Shown one piece after another: positions 36,513 through 47,144 of a stretch of DNA of 64,000 bases. Within the stretch, counting starts at the first letter, position 1. Every line of letters begins with the position of its first letter. The stretch is from Ichthyobacteriaceae bacterium (lineage in GTDB: Bacteria; Bacteroidota; Bacteroidia; Flavobacteriales; JADGDT01), in assembly GCA_016744755.1 (NCBI GenBank), contig JADGDT010000006.1, forward strand, positions 2,066 to 66,065. The letters are read 5' to 3'. The notes beneath the pieces were generated by a model. The model saw only the letters and a program-made list of their open reading frames with translations, had not been told where the DNA came from and ran no database searches. Both the position numbers and the translations under genes were made by a program.

Positions 36513-38942
36513 ATGAAGAATTATTACTTAATGCTAATTCTACTAGTTTCATCTAGTTGGCTTAGTGCACAAATCAACTTATCTGGTATAGTTAAAGACC
36601 AAGATAACGAAGCAGTTGTTGGAGCAAATATTATTATCAAAGAACTTGGTAAAGGCTCATCTACTAATATTGATGGGGAATTTAATTTCAATAATCTAGA
36701 AAGTGGCAAATACACAATTATAGCCTCTTTTATTGGAATGACTTCACAAACAAAAAGTATAAATTTAACTGCCAATTCTGAAATTGAGTTTCAACTAGAG
36801 CCGAATTCAAACTTAGTAGATGAGGTTGTTGTTACAGCCACAAGAGCTGGTAACAAGACTCCGATTGCCTACACAAACATCACCAAAAAAGAAATTAACG
36901 ACAGGAATCTAGGTCAGGATATTCCTATACTTATGGAGCTTACTCCTTCGTTCGTTTCTACATCCGATGGTGGTACAGGAGTAGGATATACCAACATGAG
37001 AATTCGTGGATCAGACAATACTCGTATCAACGTAACAATGAATGGTATACCTATGAACGATGCTGAATCTCATGGAGTTTGGTGGGTAAATATGCCTGAC
37101 CTTGCTTCTTCTTTAGAAGATATTCAAGTACAACGTGGAGTAGGAACTTCTACTAACGGAGCAGGTGCTTTTGGAGCATCAATTAATCTGCGAACAAATA
37201 CACTTAACAAAGATCCTTATGCCGAGGTTAATGGAACTTACGGTTCTTTCAATACTCAGAAATACAACATAAAAGGAGGATCAGGTTTATTGGCAGGTAA
37301 GTTTTCTGTTGATGCTAGAGCTTCAAAAATACATACCGATGGATTTATAGATAGAGCAACTGTAGATTTGCAATCTTTCTTTGCATCGGCATCTTACTAC
37401 GGAGAAAATAGTTCTGTTATCTTTAATTTTATCGATGGTAAAGAGCGTACTTACCAAGCGTGGAATGGTGTTCCAAAATCGTATTTAGGAGTAGATAGTT
37501 TAAGAACTTACAATAACTATACTTACGAAAATGAAGTTGACGACTACCATCAAACTCATTACCAAATGTTTTACAATCAGAAAATAAATGATAATTGGAA
37601 TTCTGAAATTGCTGGTTTTTATGTTAAAGGTTCTGGATATTACGAGCAATACAAGTCTGGACAAAAACTAGCTAAATATGGTTTAGATTTGGTAGATGGA
37701 AACGGTGATCCAATAGTTAAATCAGATTTAGTAAGACAAAAATGGCTAGATAACGATTTTTATGGCGGTGTTTTTAACTTCACTTACAACAATTTAGATA
37801 CAGATTTAGTAATTGGTGGAGGAATAAACCAATACAAAGGAGACCATTTTGGCAAAGTACTATGGGTAAAAGATGCTGAGCCACAAACACAATCACCTCA
37901 GCCAGAATATTACAGAAACTCCGCTACTAAAAACGATTACAATTTTTACACTAAGATAAATCAGCAGATAAATGAAAAATTAAATGTTTATGCTGATATG
38001 CAATACCGAAGAGTGGAGTATGATTTTATTGGAATAAACGATAATGGAGAAGATCTACCAAGTAGTGATACTCACGATTTTTTCTTGCCAAAAGCAGGAG
38101 TAAGCTATTCTATTGACAATAATACATCTATTTTTGTTTCCTACGCTCGTGGGGCAAAAGAGCCAAATAGAGATGATTATACCGAAAATCCAACTAGCCA
38201 AATTCCAAAGGCAGAATATCTAAACGATTTAGAGGCAGGGTATAAATTTACAGGTAAAAACTTTGTTTTCGAAGCAAATGCTTATTACATGCAATACACA
38301 GATCAACTAATTGCAACTGGCAAACTGAATGATGTAGGTAATACAATAAGACAAAATGTTGCAGATAGTTACCGTGCAGGACTAGAATTAGCTTTTGGTT
38401 GGAAAATATCAAAATTGCTTAGATGGGATGCTAACATCTCCCTCTCTAAAAGCGAAATAGAAGAATACACTGAGTATGTAGATAATTGGGATCCTCCTTA
38501 CACTCAATATCAAGCTACTTTCTATGATACACCACTTGCATTTTCTCCTGAAACTGTAGCTGCTTCAAACTTTACAGTTACTCCAATTGAAGGTTTATCA
38601 ATAAGTTTAATATCTAAGTATGTAGGTTCTCAATATATAGATAATACGCGTGATCATTTAAGAAAACTAGATGCCTACTTTGTAAATAACATAAGAGCAG
38701 AATATAAATTTAAAGTTGGATTCTTCGAAGAAATAGCAATTACTGCATTGGTAAATAATATTTTCAATGTTAAATACGAAAGTAATGCCTGGGTTTACAA
38801 GTACAAATCTGGAGATGGATCATATGATGGTTCTTTTGGAGATATATATTCTACCGATAGAGGAAATGGCTTTTACGATATGGCTGGTTATTTCCCGCAA
38901 GCAGGAACTAATTTTTTAATTGGACTTAGATTAAAAATTTAA
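36513..38942 (+). CDS. TonB-dependent receptor under TPP-riboswitch control (candidate outer-membrane thiamine or thiamine-precursor transporter)
   Basis: The start at ATG 36513 gives the signal peptide MKNYYLMLILLVSSSWLSAQ. It has a CarboxypepD_reg-like N-domain, the plug motif MRIRGSDNTRINVTMNGIPMND and a large barrel. Confidence 0.85.
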   Translation: MKNYYLMLILLVSSSWLSAQINLSGIVKDQDNEAVVGANIIIKELGKGSSTNIDGEFNFNNLESGKYTIIASFIGMTSQTKSINLTANSEIEFQLEPNSNLVDEVVVTATRAGNKTPIAYTNITKKEINDRNLGQDIPILMELTPSFVSTSDGGTGVGYTNMRIRGSDNTRINVTMNGIPMNDAESHGVWWVNMPDLASSLEDIQVQRGVGTSTNGAGAFGASINLRTNTLNKDPYAEVNGTYGSFNTQKYNIKGGSGLLAGKFSVDARASKIHTDGFIDRATVDLQSFFASASYYGENSSVIFNFIDGKERTYQAWNGVPKSYLGVDSLRTYNNYTYENEVDDYHQTHYQMFYNQKINDNWNSEIAGFYVKGSGYYEQYKSGQKLAKYGLDLVDGNGDPIVKSDLVRQKWLDNDFYGGVFNFTYNNLDTDLVIGGGINQYKGDHFGKVLWVKDAEPQTQSPQPEYYRNSATKNDYNFYTKINQQINEKLNVYADMQYRRVEYDFIGINDNGEDLPSSDTHDFFLPKAGVSYSIDNNTSIFVSYARGAKEPNRDDYTENPTSQIPKAEYLNDLEAGYKFTGKNFVFEANAYYMQYTDQLIATGKLNDVGNTIRQNVADSYRAGLELAFGWKISKLLRWDANISLSKSEIEEYTEYVDNWDPPYTQYQATFYDTPLAFSPETVAASNFTVTPIEGLSISLISKYVGSQYIDNTRDHLRKLDAYFVNNIRAEYKFKVGFFEEIAITALVNNIFNVKYESNAWVYKYKSGDGSYDGSFGDIYSTDRGNGFYDMAGYFPQAGTNFLIGLRLKI

Positions 38943-38997
38943 TATCATCTATTTAGGTTGATTTAACATATAAACTTTCATAAAGCATGATTTATAT

Positions 38998-39005
38998 TAT
39001 ATTTG
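38998..39005 (+). promoter_or_regulatory. -7 promoter box (TATATTTG)
   Basis: Exact TAnnTTTG match 24 nt upstream of the ATG at 39029. Confidence 0.45.
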
Positions 39006-39028
39006 TTCCAAACATTAAAAAATAAATT

Positions 39029-39496
39029 ATGAAAAAGTTATTTATCCTAGCAGTATTATCAGCTTTTGCACTCAATATTAGCGCTCAGGAAACACCAGTT
39101 TTAGACTCAATAATGGAGGCAAATTATAGAGCCGAAAAGAAAGCTTTAATTACCGAGGCTCTTCAATTAAATCAAGAAGAAGCAAAAGAATTTTGGCCTC
39201 TTTATGCTGAATACAATGCTAAAGTTGAAGCAGAGAACACAAAATTGGTTAACTTTATAAATAAAAATGCTAGTAAATTAGATTCTCTTACTGATGATGA
39301 AGCAGAAAAAATTTGGAAACATAAATTAAGCCATGATTCTGATTTAACAAAACTTGAAAAAAAATATTTCAAAAAAATGCTTAAGATTTTACCTGGAGGA
39401 AAAACTGTTAGATATTTCCAAGCAGAGAATAAAATAAAGTCGCTGATGGATGCGCAAATGGCAGTAGAAGTGCCTTTGATAAATTCTCCGGAATAA
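39029..39496 (+). CDS. Hypothetical secreted helical protein
   Basis: 155 aa with a signal peptide (ALNISAQE) and Lys/Glu-rich helical composition. A strong terminator follows it. Confidence 0.55.
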   Translation: MKKLFILAVLSAFALNISAQETPVLDSIMEANYRAEKKALITEALQLNQEEAKEFWPLYAEYNAKVEAENTKLVNFINKNASKLDSLTDDEAEKIWKHKLSHDSDLTKLEKKYFKKMLKILPGGKTVRYFQAENKIKSLMDAQMAVEVPLINSPE

Positions 39497-39532
39497 CCAT
39501 ATTTCTGACTAGTTTGACTAGCTCTAAAAGGT

Positions 39533-39568
39533 AAAAGCTCAATCTTTTTTTAAGATTGAGCTTTTTTT
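39533..39568 (+). terminator. Rho-independent terminator
   Basis: AAAAGCTCAATCTT / AAGATTGAGCTTTT stem followed by a T-run. Confidence 0.75.
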
Positions 39569-39774
39569 ATGGTTTTACCCTCATTTGTGTGGGAAACATT
39601 CTAGTATCGCTATTTTGACTGGAGCTTGCGGACCTACCTCTCTGCAGACAGGATGGAGAAGTCTCTTCTCTTACTGCCGATCTCGTCACTCCTTACGACG
39701 GTCAAGATGACGTAATTACTAAATCATTTATATTTCCACAACATTCGTAGTAGTACCTTTTTTATAATACTTAT

Positions 39775-40452
39775 TTATCCCCTTTTCAATGATTTTGTAG
39801 CAATAAAATCTTTTAAGTAAAAAGGTTCAAAGTAAGCCGAATCTTCAAAAGCACTTTCGTTGAACTTTACCTCAGCAATTTCTCCCATATCTTTTGCTGA
39901 TGGAAATACATCATCTACAAACTCAGCATTTTCGTGTTTGATTATGCCTTTACATTTTTCGGCTCCATCACCAAAAAACAAAACTTTACCTTTTTCTAGA
40001 TACACAGAATAAGAACTATCATCAATTATTTCGGCTTCAGTTTTTCTAATTTCTTTTAACTTCGAATTGTAAACACTGGCATAAACTTCCATTCTACGAG
40101 CATCCAACATTGGGACCAAAGTAAAATCTTTCCCTTTCTGACTAGTTGCCATTGACTCTAAAGTAGGAATAGAAATCAGTGGAATCTCATTTCCGAAACA
40201 AATACCTTTTGCAGCAGATACCCCAATACGTAAACCTGTGTACGAACCAGGTCCTTTGCTAACAGCTACAGCATCTAGATCAGATAATTTATAATTTGTT
40301 TCTTTTAGCACATCCTCTATAAATGGATGTAGAAGTTCGGCATGAGAATAACCTCCTGTGTTTATTTCTTTTAGAACTATTATTTCTCCATCTTCCGAAA
40401 TACTTACAGAGCAGTTTTTTGTCGCTGTTTCTAGGTTTAATATCAATGCCAT
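39775..40452 (-). CDS. tsaB: tRNA threonylcarbamoyladenosine biosynthesis protein TsaB
   Basis: 225 aa. The N-terminus ILNLETATKNCSVSI and GPGSYTGLRIGVSAAKG are typical of TsaB/YeaZ. Confidence 0.9.
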   Translation of the reverse strand: MALILNLETATKNCSVSISEDGEIIVLKEINTGGYSHAELLHPFIEDVLKETNYKLSDLDAVAVSKGPGSYTGLRIGVSAAKGICFGNEIPLISIPTLESMATSQKGKDFTLVPMLDARRMEVYASVYNSKLKEIRKTEAEIIDDSSYSVYLEKGKVLFFGDGAEKCKGIIKHENAEFVDDVFPSAKDMGEIAEVKFNESAFEDSAYFEPFYLKDFIATKSLKRG

Positions 40453-40476
40453 TTTATTCTTTTTTTAGGATGAGTG

Positions 40477-40484
40477 CAAAAGTA
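40477..40484 (-). promoter_or_regulatory. -7 promoter box (TACTTTTG on the minus strand) for tsaB
   Basis: Exact TAnnTTTG match 25 nt upstream of the ATG at 40452. Confidence 0.45.
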
Positions 40485-40698
40485 AGTATATTTTTGTTTC
40501 TATGGATGTTAACGTAAATTTTCGCCATCTGAAAAAGTATCTAGCCTTTTTATCATTTCCTCAAAACCCTATTAGAATCAATAAAAGCTAAATTTCCTAT
40601 GAATCTCTCTTTAGAGCAGGGGTAAAATTCATTGAAAATTTAACTTTTACGGCAATTTATTTTAAATACTTTTCCATTGATATTTTACAGATTCATTT

Positions 40699-41709
40699 CT
40701 ACATAAATCCTCTGAAATTTTCTGATAGACTTATCGCTTCCTTCAAAGAGAATTTATCTTGACAAGTGTAGTTACAAATATTCTTTGATTTCAGGTGTTT
40801 AGCTAAATATACTTGTTCTCCTTGCCCAGGAGTTGGAATCAAGAAAGCCTTCTTTTTCAATGCTTTCAAATCCATAATTGTAGAATAACCAGATCTTGAA
40901 ACAACCAATGAGCTTTCTTTCATCTCTCTTTCCAAATCACCAGAAGTCATAAAATTATACATAGTTACATTCCCTTTCTTTGATGATTTTTGAATTCTTT
41001 CAACCTTACCTAAAACCAAGGTAACATCTGTTTCTATACTCTCTATTTTCGATATAATAATTTCTTCTAAATAACTACGTTGTGGCTCAGGACCTGACAA
41101 CACAACTAGAACTTTATCTTTAACTATTACATTTTCATCGTATTTAAATCTACTTAAAGTTCCAATATATTTTGAATTCTGTCCTCCTTTGTATTTTGAT
41201 AAATCTCCTGCTATAGAGTTAATACCTTCATAATCTGGAATCCAAATTTCATTGAATCTACTCATGTAAAATTGATGAAACTTATTGGCAATCTTAGAAA
41301 ATCTTCCTGCCTGTATATTTGTTTGATGTGTGATGTAAACAGAATAAACTCCCTTATGATACATCCCAAATCTATTATCAGAAATTATCAAATCCAGATT
41401 ATATTTATCTACCAAAATAGATAAAAGCACATTCTCATCTTTTATAGCCGACATTATTTTATTAGACATTTTTAGTAAATGCCAAATCAACTGCTTCCCT
41501 TTTGGGTAAGTGATGTCGTAAGAAGGTAATTCTACACTCTCTAAGTTTGGAAATTCTTTTCTGAGAAGGTCTAGCGATATTCCATCAGATGCAAGTATCA
41601 CATTATTTCCATAAGTTATTTGCTGACGAATTATTGGAATACATCTACTTGCATGACCTAATCCCCAATTAAGTGGTGCTATCAATACATTTTTGGGTAG
41701 AGTAGTCAT
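40699..41709 (-). CDS. Glycosyltransferase of the MurG/UDP-glucuronosyltransferase-like fold (TIGR00661/MJ1255-like)
   Basis: The N-terminus APLNWGLGHASRCIPI and a C-terminal SRSGYSTIMD...IPTPGQGEQ donor-binding pattern. Confidence 0.75.
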   Translation of the reverse strand: MTTLPKNVLIAPLNWGLGHASRCIPIIRQQITYGNNVILASDGISLDLLRKEFPNLESVELPSYDITYPKGKQLIWHLLKMSNKIMSAIKDENVLLSILVDKYNLDLIISDNRFGMYHKGVYSVYITHQTNIQAGRFSKIANKFHQFYMSRFNEIWIPDYEGINSIAGDLSKYKGGQNSKYIGTLSRFKYDENVIVKDKVLVVLSGPEPQRSYLEEIIISKIESIETDVTLVLGKVERIQKSSKKGNVTMYNFMTSGDLEREMKESSLVVSRSGYSTIMDLKALKKKAFLIPTPGQGEQVYLAKHLKSKNICNYTCQDKFSLKEAISLSENFRGFM

Positions 41710-41997
41710 ATGTGTAGATTATTTAATAGTTAGAATAAATGTAGTACTAATGTGCGATTAATACAAATTGACGTTTAGAGATGGTATGGCAAAAGCATTT
41801 AGAATAGACACTTACAAATTCATTTATTTTCAATAAATTTTGCCCAAACCCTAGAGGGTGATTCATAGAAAAATACCTTTTTAAACCCTTTAGGGATTTG
41901 GAGGCATATAAAAAGTTAAATGTTTATGCCCTATTATTGATGGTTGATTAAAAACAATATTCATATATTTAGTGAACCAACATCAAACTAATACGAA

Positions 41998-43542
41998 ATG
42001 AAATCTAAATCAGAAATTTTATCCGATAAAAGAGAACAGGCACTCGAAGGCGGTGGTGAGAAAAGAATAGAAAAGCAACATGCAAAAGGAAAACTAACGG
42101 CAAGAGAACGTATACATTTTTTGCTAGACGAAACTTCTTTCGAAGAAATTGGAAGATTAGTTACCCACAGATCAACAAACTTTGGGTTAGACAAACAAAA
42201 GTTTTATGGCGATGGCGTTGTTACTGGTTACGGGACAATTAATGGACGATTAGTTTACGTTTTCGCACAGGATTTCACTGTTCTAGGAGGGTCTCTTGCA
42301 GAAGCACATGCCGAGAAAATTGTAAAAATAATGGATTTGGCAATGGACAACGGTGCTCCTGTAATTGGACTTAACGATTCGGGTGGAGCTAGAATTCAGG
42401 AAGGAGTAGTATCGCTTGCTGGCTATGCCGATATTTTCTATCGCAATACTTTGGCTAGTGGAGTTATTCCTCAGATATCCGCAATTCTAGGCCCTTGTGC
42501 TGGAGGTGCAGTTTATTCTCCTGCACTCACAGATTTTATAATGATGGTAGAACAATCATCATACATGTTTATCACTGGTCCTAATGTTGTTAAAACTGTT
42601 ACCCACGAAAATATTACTGCCGAAGAACTAGGTGGTGCAAAAACTCACGCTACAAAATCGGGAGTTACACACTTAACTTACGATAATGAAATTGAGCTCA
42701 TAAATGGAATAAAGAAACTGCTGAGCTACATTCCCCAGAACTGCGAAGATGAAGCTCCCATGCTAGATTATGAATTTCAGGAAAGTGAAAAAAGGGAAGC
42801 TTTAGAAACTATTATTCCTGAAAACTCTAATCAACCTTACGATATTAAGGATGTTATTTACGAAACTGTAGATAAGGACAGTTTCTATGAAATTCAAAAA
42901 GATTTTGCTGAAAATATTGTAGTTGGATTTGCAAGAATTGCAGGACGCTCTATAGGGGTTGTCGCAAATCAGCCATTATTTTTAGCAGGAGTTTTAGATA
43001 TTAAATCGTCGAATAAAGCAGCGAGGTTTGTTAGATTTTGTGATGCTTTTAATATACCTCTTTTGGTATTTGAAGATGTACCTGGGTTTTTACCAGGTTC
43101 AGAACAAGAGTGGAATGCGATAATAACTAACGGTGCAAAATTGCTTTATGCTTTCAGCGAAGCAACAGTACCTAGAATCACTGTTATTACCCGTAAAGCA
43201 TATGGAGGAGCTTACGATGTAATGAACTCTAAGCACATAGGTGCCGATATGAATTTTGCTTGGCCAACAGCCGAAATTGCAGTTATGGGAGCAAAAGGAG
43301 CTGCTGAAATAATTTTCAAAAAAGAAATTTCCGTAGCAGATAATCCACAGCAAAAATGGGAGGAGAAAGAAAATGAATATGCCGAGCTTTTTGCCGATCC
43401 ATACAACGCTGCATCAAGAGGATATATCGATGAAGTTATAAACCCTAGAGATACCAGAGAAAAACTAATACGAGCATTTAAAATGTTAGAAAATAAAGCT
43501 GTGAAGTTACCTAAGAAAAAGCATGGTAATATTCCTTTGTAA
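41998..43542 (+). CDS. Acyl-CoA carboxylase beta (carboxyltransferase) subunit, propionyl-CoA/methylmalonyl-CoA type
   Basis: 514 aa with the typical [26 protein letters not shown] and GGAYDVM motifs. A near-consensus -7 box (TATATTTA) sits at 41964-41971. Confidence 0.9.
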   Translation: MKSKSEILSDKREQALEGGGEKRIEKQHAKGKLTARERIHFLLDETSFEEIGRLVTHRSTNFGLDKQKFYGDGVVTGYGTINGRLVYVFAQDFTVLGGSLAEAHAEKIVKIMDLAMDNGAPVIGLNDSGGARIQEGVVSLAGYADIFYRNTLASGVIPQISAILGPCAGGAVYSPALTDFIMMVEQSSYMFITGPNVVKTVTHENITAEELGGAKTHATKSGVTHLTYDNEIELINGIKKLLSYIPQNCEDEAPMLDYEFQESEKREALETIIPENSNQPYDIKDVIYETVDKDSFYEIQKDFAENIVVGFARIAGRSIGVVANQPLFLAGVLDIKSSNKAARFVRFCDAFNIPLLVFEDVPGFLPGSEQEWNAIITNGAKLLYAFSEATVPRITVITRKAYGGAYDVMNSKHIGADMNFAWPTAEIAVMGAKGAAEIIFKKEISVADNPQQKWEEKENEYAELFADPYNAASRGYIDEVINPRDTREKLIRAFKMLENKAVKLPKKKHGNIPL

Positions 43543-43550
43543 TACATATA

Positions 43551-43760
43551 TATGTCGCTCCTCTGGAACTTTTTTCTCAACTGAATAAAATTTATACAAA
43601 GGATTTTGCTCCTAATGGAGCTACAACTTAGTATTCAGTTGAAAGTGACGATAAGTAAAATTCAGATTAATTATCTAAAAAAAGTGCCGTAGGCACGAAA
43701 CCTTTGTAAGTAAAAAACTGTAGTCACAAATAAAAGCACCATAGGTGCGATACCTTAATA
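43551..43760. repeat. Cluster of REP-like short hairpins upstream of the transposase remnant
   Basis: GCTCCTCTGGAAC (43557-43569). GCTCCTAATGGAGC (43608-43621), nested inside the 10-bp inverted repeat CAACTGAATA/TATTCAGTTG (43578-43587 and 43632-43641). GTGCCGTAGGCAC (43684-43696). GCACCATAGGTGC (43736-43748). Confidence 0.6.
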
Positions 43761-43772
43761 AATAAGAAACTT

Positions 43773-43925
43773 ATGCCAAACACATACACTCAAATATACG
43801 TACAGATAGTTTTTGTTGTAAAAGGCAGACAAAACCTAATATCAGAGAATAACCGTGAAAAATTAGAGAAATACATATGTCGAATAATCTCAAATAAAAA
43901 ATCAAAACCTTTAGCCATTTTGTAA
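43773..43925 (+). pseudogene. Truncated IS200/RAYT-like (Y1 HUH) transposase, N-terminal 50 codons only
   Basis: MPNTYTQIYVQIVFVVKGRQNLISENNREKLEKYICRIISNKKSKPLAIL* matches the conserved N-terminus of Bacteroidota IS200-like/REP-associated tyrosine transposases. It stops before the HUH motif. Confidence 0.65.
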
Positions 43926-44112
43926 ATCGAGTGATGAAGTTATTAAACTTGAAGATGTTGAATCATTAAAAATAGAAAAACAGTTTACAAAAGATTTTTT
44001 AGTGATTAAGCACAATAATGGTAAATACATATTAGTTGGAGAAATTAATTTCACTAATGAGATAAAATTATTTATTACTGAATACAAAGCACACAATAAA
44101 ATCCCCTTATAA

Positions 44113-45783
44113 ATGAATTATATTTTAGTAATACTTTTTGTCCTTATTGCTGTTTACCAATATACAAATTGGTATAAAAAAAGAAGATCTCATAAACTCA
44201 GAGAAGAACTAGAGTCCAATTGGGGGAAACAAAAAATAGAGGACTATTTTCCTTTTCATTTAATAGAAAAGTATTTTGACAGTCGTGATAAAGAGGGATC
44301 TTATTGTATTATTTCAGATAAGGTGAAATCAGATTTAGACATAAACGAAGTTTTCAAATTTATAGATAGAACAAAATCTAAAGTTGGACAGCAATACCTA
44401 TATAATAAATTACGATCTATAGAAAGCAAAGGTAATCTAATAAAATTTGACACTTTAGTAAATACCTTCTACGATAACAAAACATTATCTATTGACTGTC
44501 AGGTACAATTAACAAATCTAGATAATGATGATTCTTATTATTTAGAAGAATTATTAAGTGAGGATTTGATAGACAAACCTAAGTTTTTGTGGGTAGTTTA
44601 TTTACTATCAATATTAGTTGCATCAAGCATCGCTTTGTCATTTTTTTTTCCCGTTGTCTTGTTGATGTTATTGCCATTACTTCTTATAAATACCTTTATT
44701 CATTACAAGAACAAAAAGTTGGTTAACTATTATTTAAGAGGAGTAAAACAGTTAACTACTTCAATAGGTGTAGCAAATGAGATATCATTATTCCCAATAT
44801 TAAAATTGCAAATACCTGATGTTGGGTTTTTAATAAATCTAAATATCATTAAAAATAAAACACGAAGTATAGCTTTCGAGAATAAGGTTAGAACTGAGTT
44901 TGAAGAATTTGCGTGGATAGTAATGGAGCTATTCAAAATAATATTTAATGTAGAATATTTAGCTTTTCATAACCTAATACGTGTTATCAAAATAGAAAGA
45001 AAAAGTATTGATAAGCTATTTAAGTATATAGGAAAAATAGATACTGCAATATCTGTAGCTTCATTAAAACACGAAGAAAAAGGAAAAATATGTATCCCAC
45101 AATTTATAGATAAAAAAGAAATATACACTGAAGGAATTACACACCCTCTACTTACAAACTGCGTAGCAAATAAAGTTAACCTTAAGGATAATAGTATGAT
45201 TATTACAGGATCAAACATGTCGGGTAAAACAACTTTTATTAGAACGGTTGCAGTAAATAGTATACTATCTCAAACTATAAATCTGTGTTTTGCGAGCGAA
45301 TATAAAGCACCTTTTTTCAAAATTTTCTCATCAATAAGAATAACTGATGATTTATTGGAAGATACTAGTTATTACCTTGAAGAAGTGACAACTATAAAAG
45401 AACTGATAGACTTATCAAGTAATAGCGACCCTTGCTTATTGGTACTTGACGAAATTTTTAAAGGTACAAATACAGTAGAAAGAATATCGGGAGGAAAGGC
45501 CATTCTATCTTATTTAAACACAAATAATAATATTGTTATTGTTTCTACTCACGATATAGAGCTAACTGAACTCTTAAAAGATGAAGGGTTTGAATTATAT
45601 CATTTTAGTGAGGATGTAAAAGACAATGAATTACATTTTGATTATAAACTAAAGGAAGGAAAGCTAAAAACTAGAAACGCCATAAAAATACTTGAACTAT
45701 ATGGATACCCCCCAGAAGTAATTAAGGATTCTAGAAAAACAGAAAAGCTTTTTAATGTTATACCAAATCAAAATGCACTGTAA
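44113..45783 (+). CDS. Membrane-anchored MutS-related ATPase (MutS domain V only)
   Basis: N-terminal TM and a central double TM (FLWVVYLLSILVASSIALSFFFPVVLLMLLPLLLINTFI). The C-terminal MutS ATPase has Walker A GSNMSGKTTFIRT, Walker B LLVLDEIFKGTN and STHD. There is no mismatch-binding domain. Confidence 0.8.
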   Translation: MNYILVILFVLIAVYQYTNWYKKRRSHKLREELESNWGKQKIEDYFPFHLIEKYFDSRDKEGSYCIISDKVKSDLDINEVFKFIDRTKSKVGQQYLYNKLRSIESKGNLIKFDTLVNTFYDNKTLSIDCQVQLTNLDNDDSYYLEELLSEDLIDKPKFLWVVYLLSILVASSIALSFFFPVVLLMLLPLLLINTFIHYKNKKLVNYYLRGVKQLTTSIGVANEISLFPILKLQIPDVGFLINLNIIKNKTRSIAFENKVRTEFEEFAWIVMELFKIIFNVEYLAFHNLIRVIKIERKSIDKLFKYIGKIDTAISVASLKHEEKGKICIPQFIDKKEIYTEGITHPLLTNCVANKVNLKDNSMIITGSNMSGKTTFIRTVAVNSILSQTINLCFASEYKAPFFKIFSSIRITDDLLEDTSYYLEEVTTIKELIDLSSNSDPCLLVLDEIFKGTNTVERISGGKAILSYLNTNNNIVIVSTHDIELTELLKDEGFELYHFSEDVKDNELHFDYKLKEGKLKTRNAIKILELYGYPPEVIKDSRKTEKLFNVIPNQNAL

Positions 45784-45803
45784 AACCTTTATCTAATTTA
45801 CTT

Positions 45804-45838
45804 CAAAAAAATAGGATGACTAAAACTAGTCATCCTAT
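45804..45838. terminator. Hairpin between convergent genes (a clear terminator for pgk, possibly bidirectional)
   Basis: Perfect 12-bp stem ATAGGATGACTA / TAGTCATCCTAT, preceded by an A-run that becomes a T-run on the minus strand. Confidence 0.65.
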
Positions 45839-45861
45839 CAGTGTTTATATTTTTATAGTAA

Positions 45862-47049
45862 CTACTCAATAATTGCAGCAATACCAGGAAGAAGCTTACC
45901 TTCAAGTGACTCAAGCATTGCTCCACCACCTGTTGATACATAACTCACTTTATCCGCAAATCCGAATTGCTTAACAGCTGCTACAGAATCACCACCTCCT
46001 ACTAAAGAGAAAGCTCCGTTTGCTGTAGATTCAGAAATATAATCTCCTAATTTAATTGTTCCGTTAGCAAAAGCTTCCATTTCAAAAACTCCCATTGGTC
46101 CGTTCCAAAGAATAGTTTTTGAAGCTAAAATCACGCCTTCAATTTCTTTTAAAGAATCAGGACCAGCATCTAATCCCATCCATCCTTCTGGAATAGCTCC
46201 AGTTGGACAAATTTGAGTATTAGCATCAGCAGCAAACTTATCGGCAGCAATTGCATCAGAAGGAAGTAAAATCTTTACTCCTTTTGCTTCTGCTTTCTTA
46301 AGAATATCAAGTGCAAGCTCTAATTTATCGTCTTCTACTAAAGAAGCTCCTATGTTTCCGCCTTGAGCTTTTGCAAAAGTAAATACCATTCCACCACCAA
46401 TTATGATGTTGTCAACGGTATCAAGCATAGTCTCGATAATAGTAATTTTCGAAGAAACTTTAGCACCACCAAGTACAGCTGTAATTGGGTGCTCTCCTTC
46501 TTTAAGAACTTTGTTTATACTTTCAATTTCCTTAGCTAGTAATTTTCCGAAACATTTATCTTCAGGAAAAAACTGAGCCATAATAGTTGTAGAAGCATGG
46601 GCGCGGTGAGCTGTCCCAAATGCATCGTTAACGTAGATATCTCCTAGCTTAGCTAATTCCTTAGCGAAGTCTATATCTCCATTTTTCTCTTCTTTATGAA
46701 AACGTAAATTCTCTACTAATAAAATCTGACCTGGTTTTAAAGCTTCTGCTTTAGCAACAGTTTCTTCGCCAATACAATTATCAGCAAAAAAAACTTCAGT
46801 TCCCATTACTTTGGCAACACGAGCAACAATGTGTTTAAGAGAAAATTTATCCTCTACGCCCTTAGGACGGCCTAAGTGAGACATTAAAACCGCACTACCT
46901 CCATTTTCTAAAATGTACTTTACTGTAGGCGCTGCTGCCTGAATACGTGTGTCGTCAGTTATTTGTAAATCTGTATTTAACGGTACGTTAAAATCTACTC
47001 TAATTACTGCTCTCTTTCCTGCGAAATTAAATTGATCTAATGTTTTCAT
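45862..47049 (-). CDS. pgk: Phosphoglycerate kinase
   Basis: 395 aa. [17 protein letters not shown] and a C-terminal GGGDS/STGGGA motif are all present. Confidence 0.95.
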   Translation of the reverse strand: MKTLDQFNFAGKRAVIRVDFNVPLNTDLQITDDTRIQAAAPTVKYILENGGSAVLMSHLGRPKGVEDKFSLKHIVARVAKVMGTEVFFADNCIGEETVAKAEALKPGQILLVENLRFHKEEKNGDIDFAKELAKLGDIYVNDAFGTAHRAHASTTIMAQFFPEDKCFGKLLAKEIESINKVLKEGEHPITAVLGGAKVSSKITIIETMLDTVDNIIIGGGMVFTFAKAQGGNIGASLVEDDKLELALDILKKAEAKGVKILLPSDAIAADKFAADANTQICPTGAIPEGWMGLDAGPDSLKEIEGVILASKTILWNGPMGVFEMEAFANGTIKLGDYISESTANGAFSLVGGGDSVAAVKQFGFADKVSYVSTGGGAMLESLEGKLLPGIAAIIE

Positions 47050-47144
47050 CTTTGTATTGTTTTTGTATAAATGATGTTGAAAATTTCAGCATCAATAATA
47101 AATGATATTCTGTTTAACTACCTGATTTAAAAATCAAACGAGTA

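Noticed and set aside
43915-44112. 65-codon open frame ending at the MutS-related gene start, considered as a real small gene.
   Set aside because: It has no ATG, GTG or TTG start at its 5' end, and it begins inside the transposase remnant. It is more likely the 3' fragment of a disrupted gene, and is reported as such in the findings.
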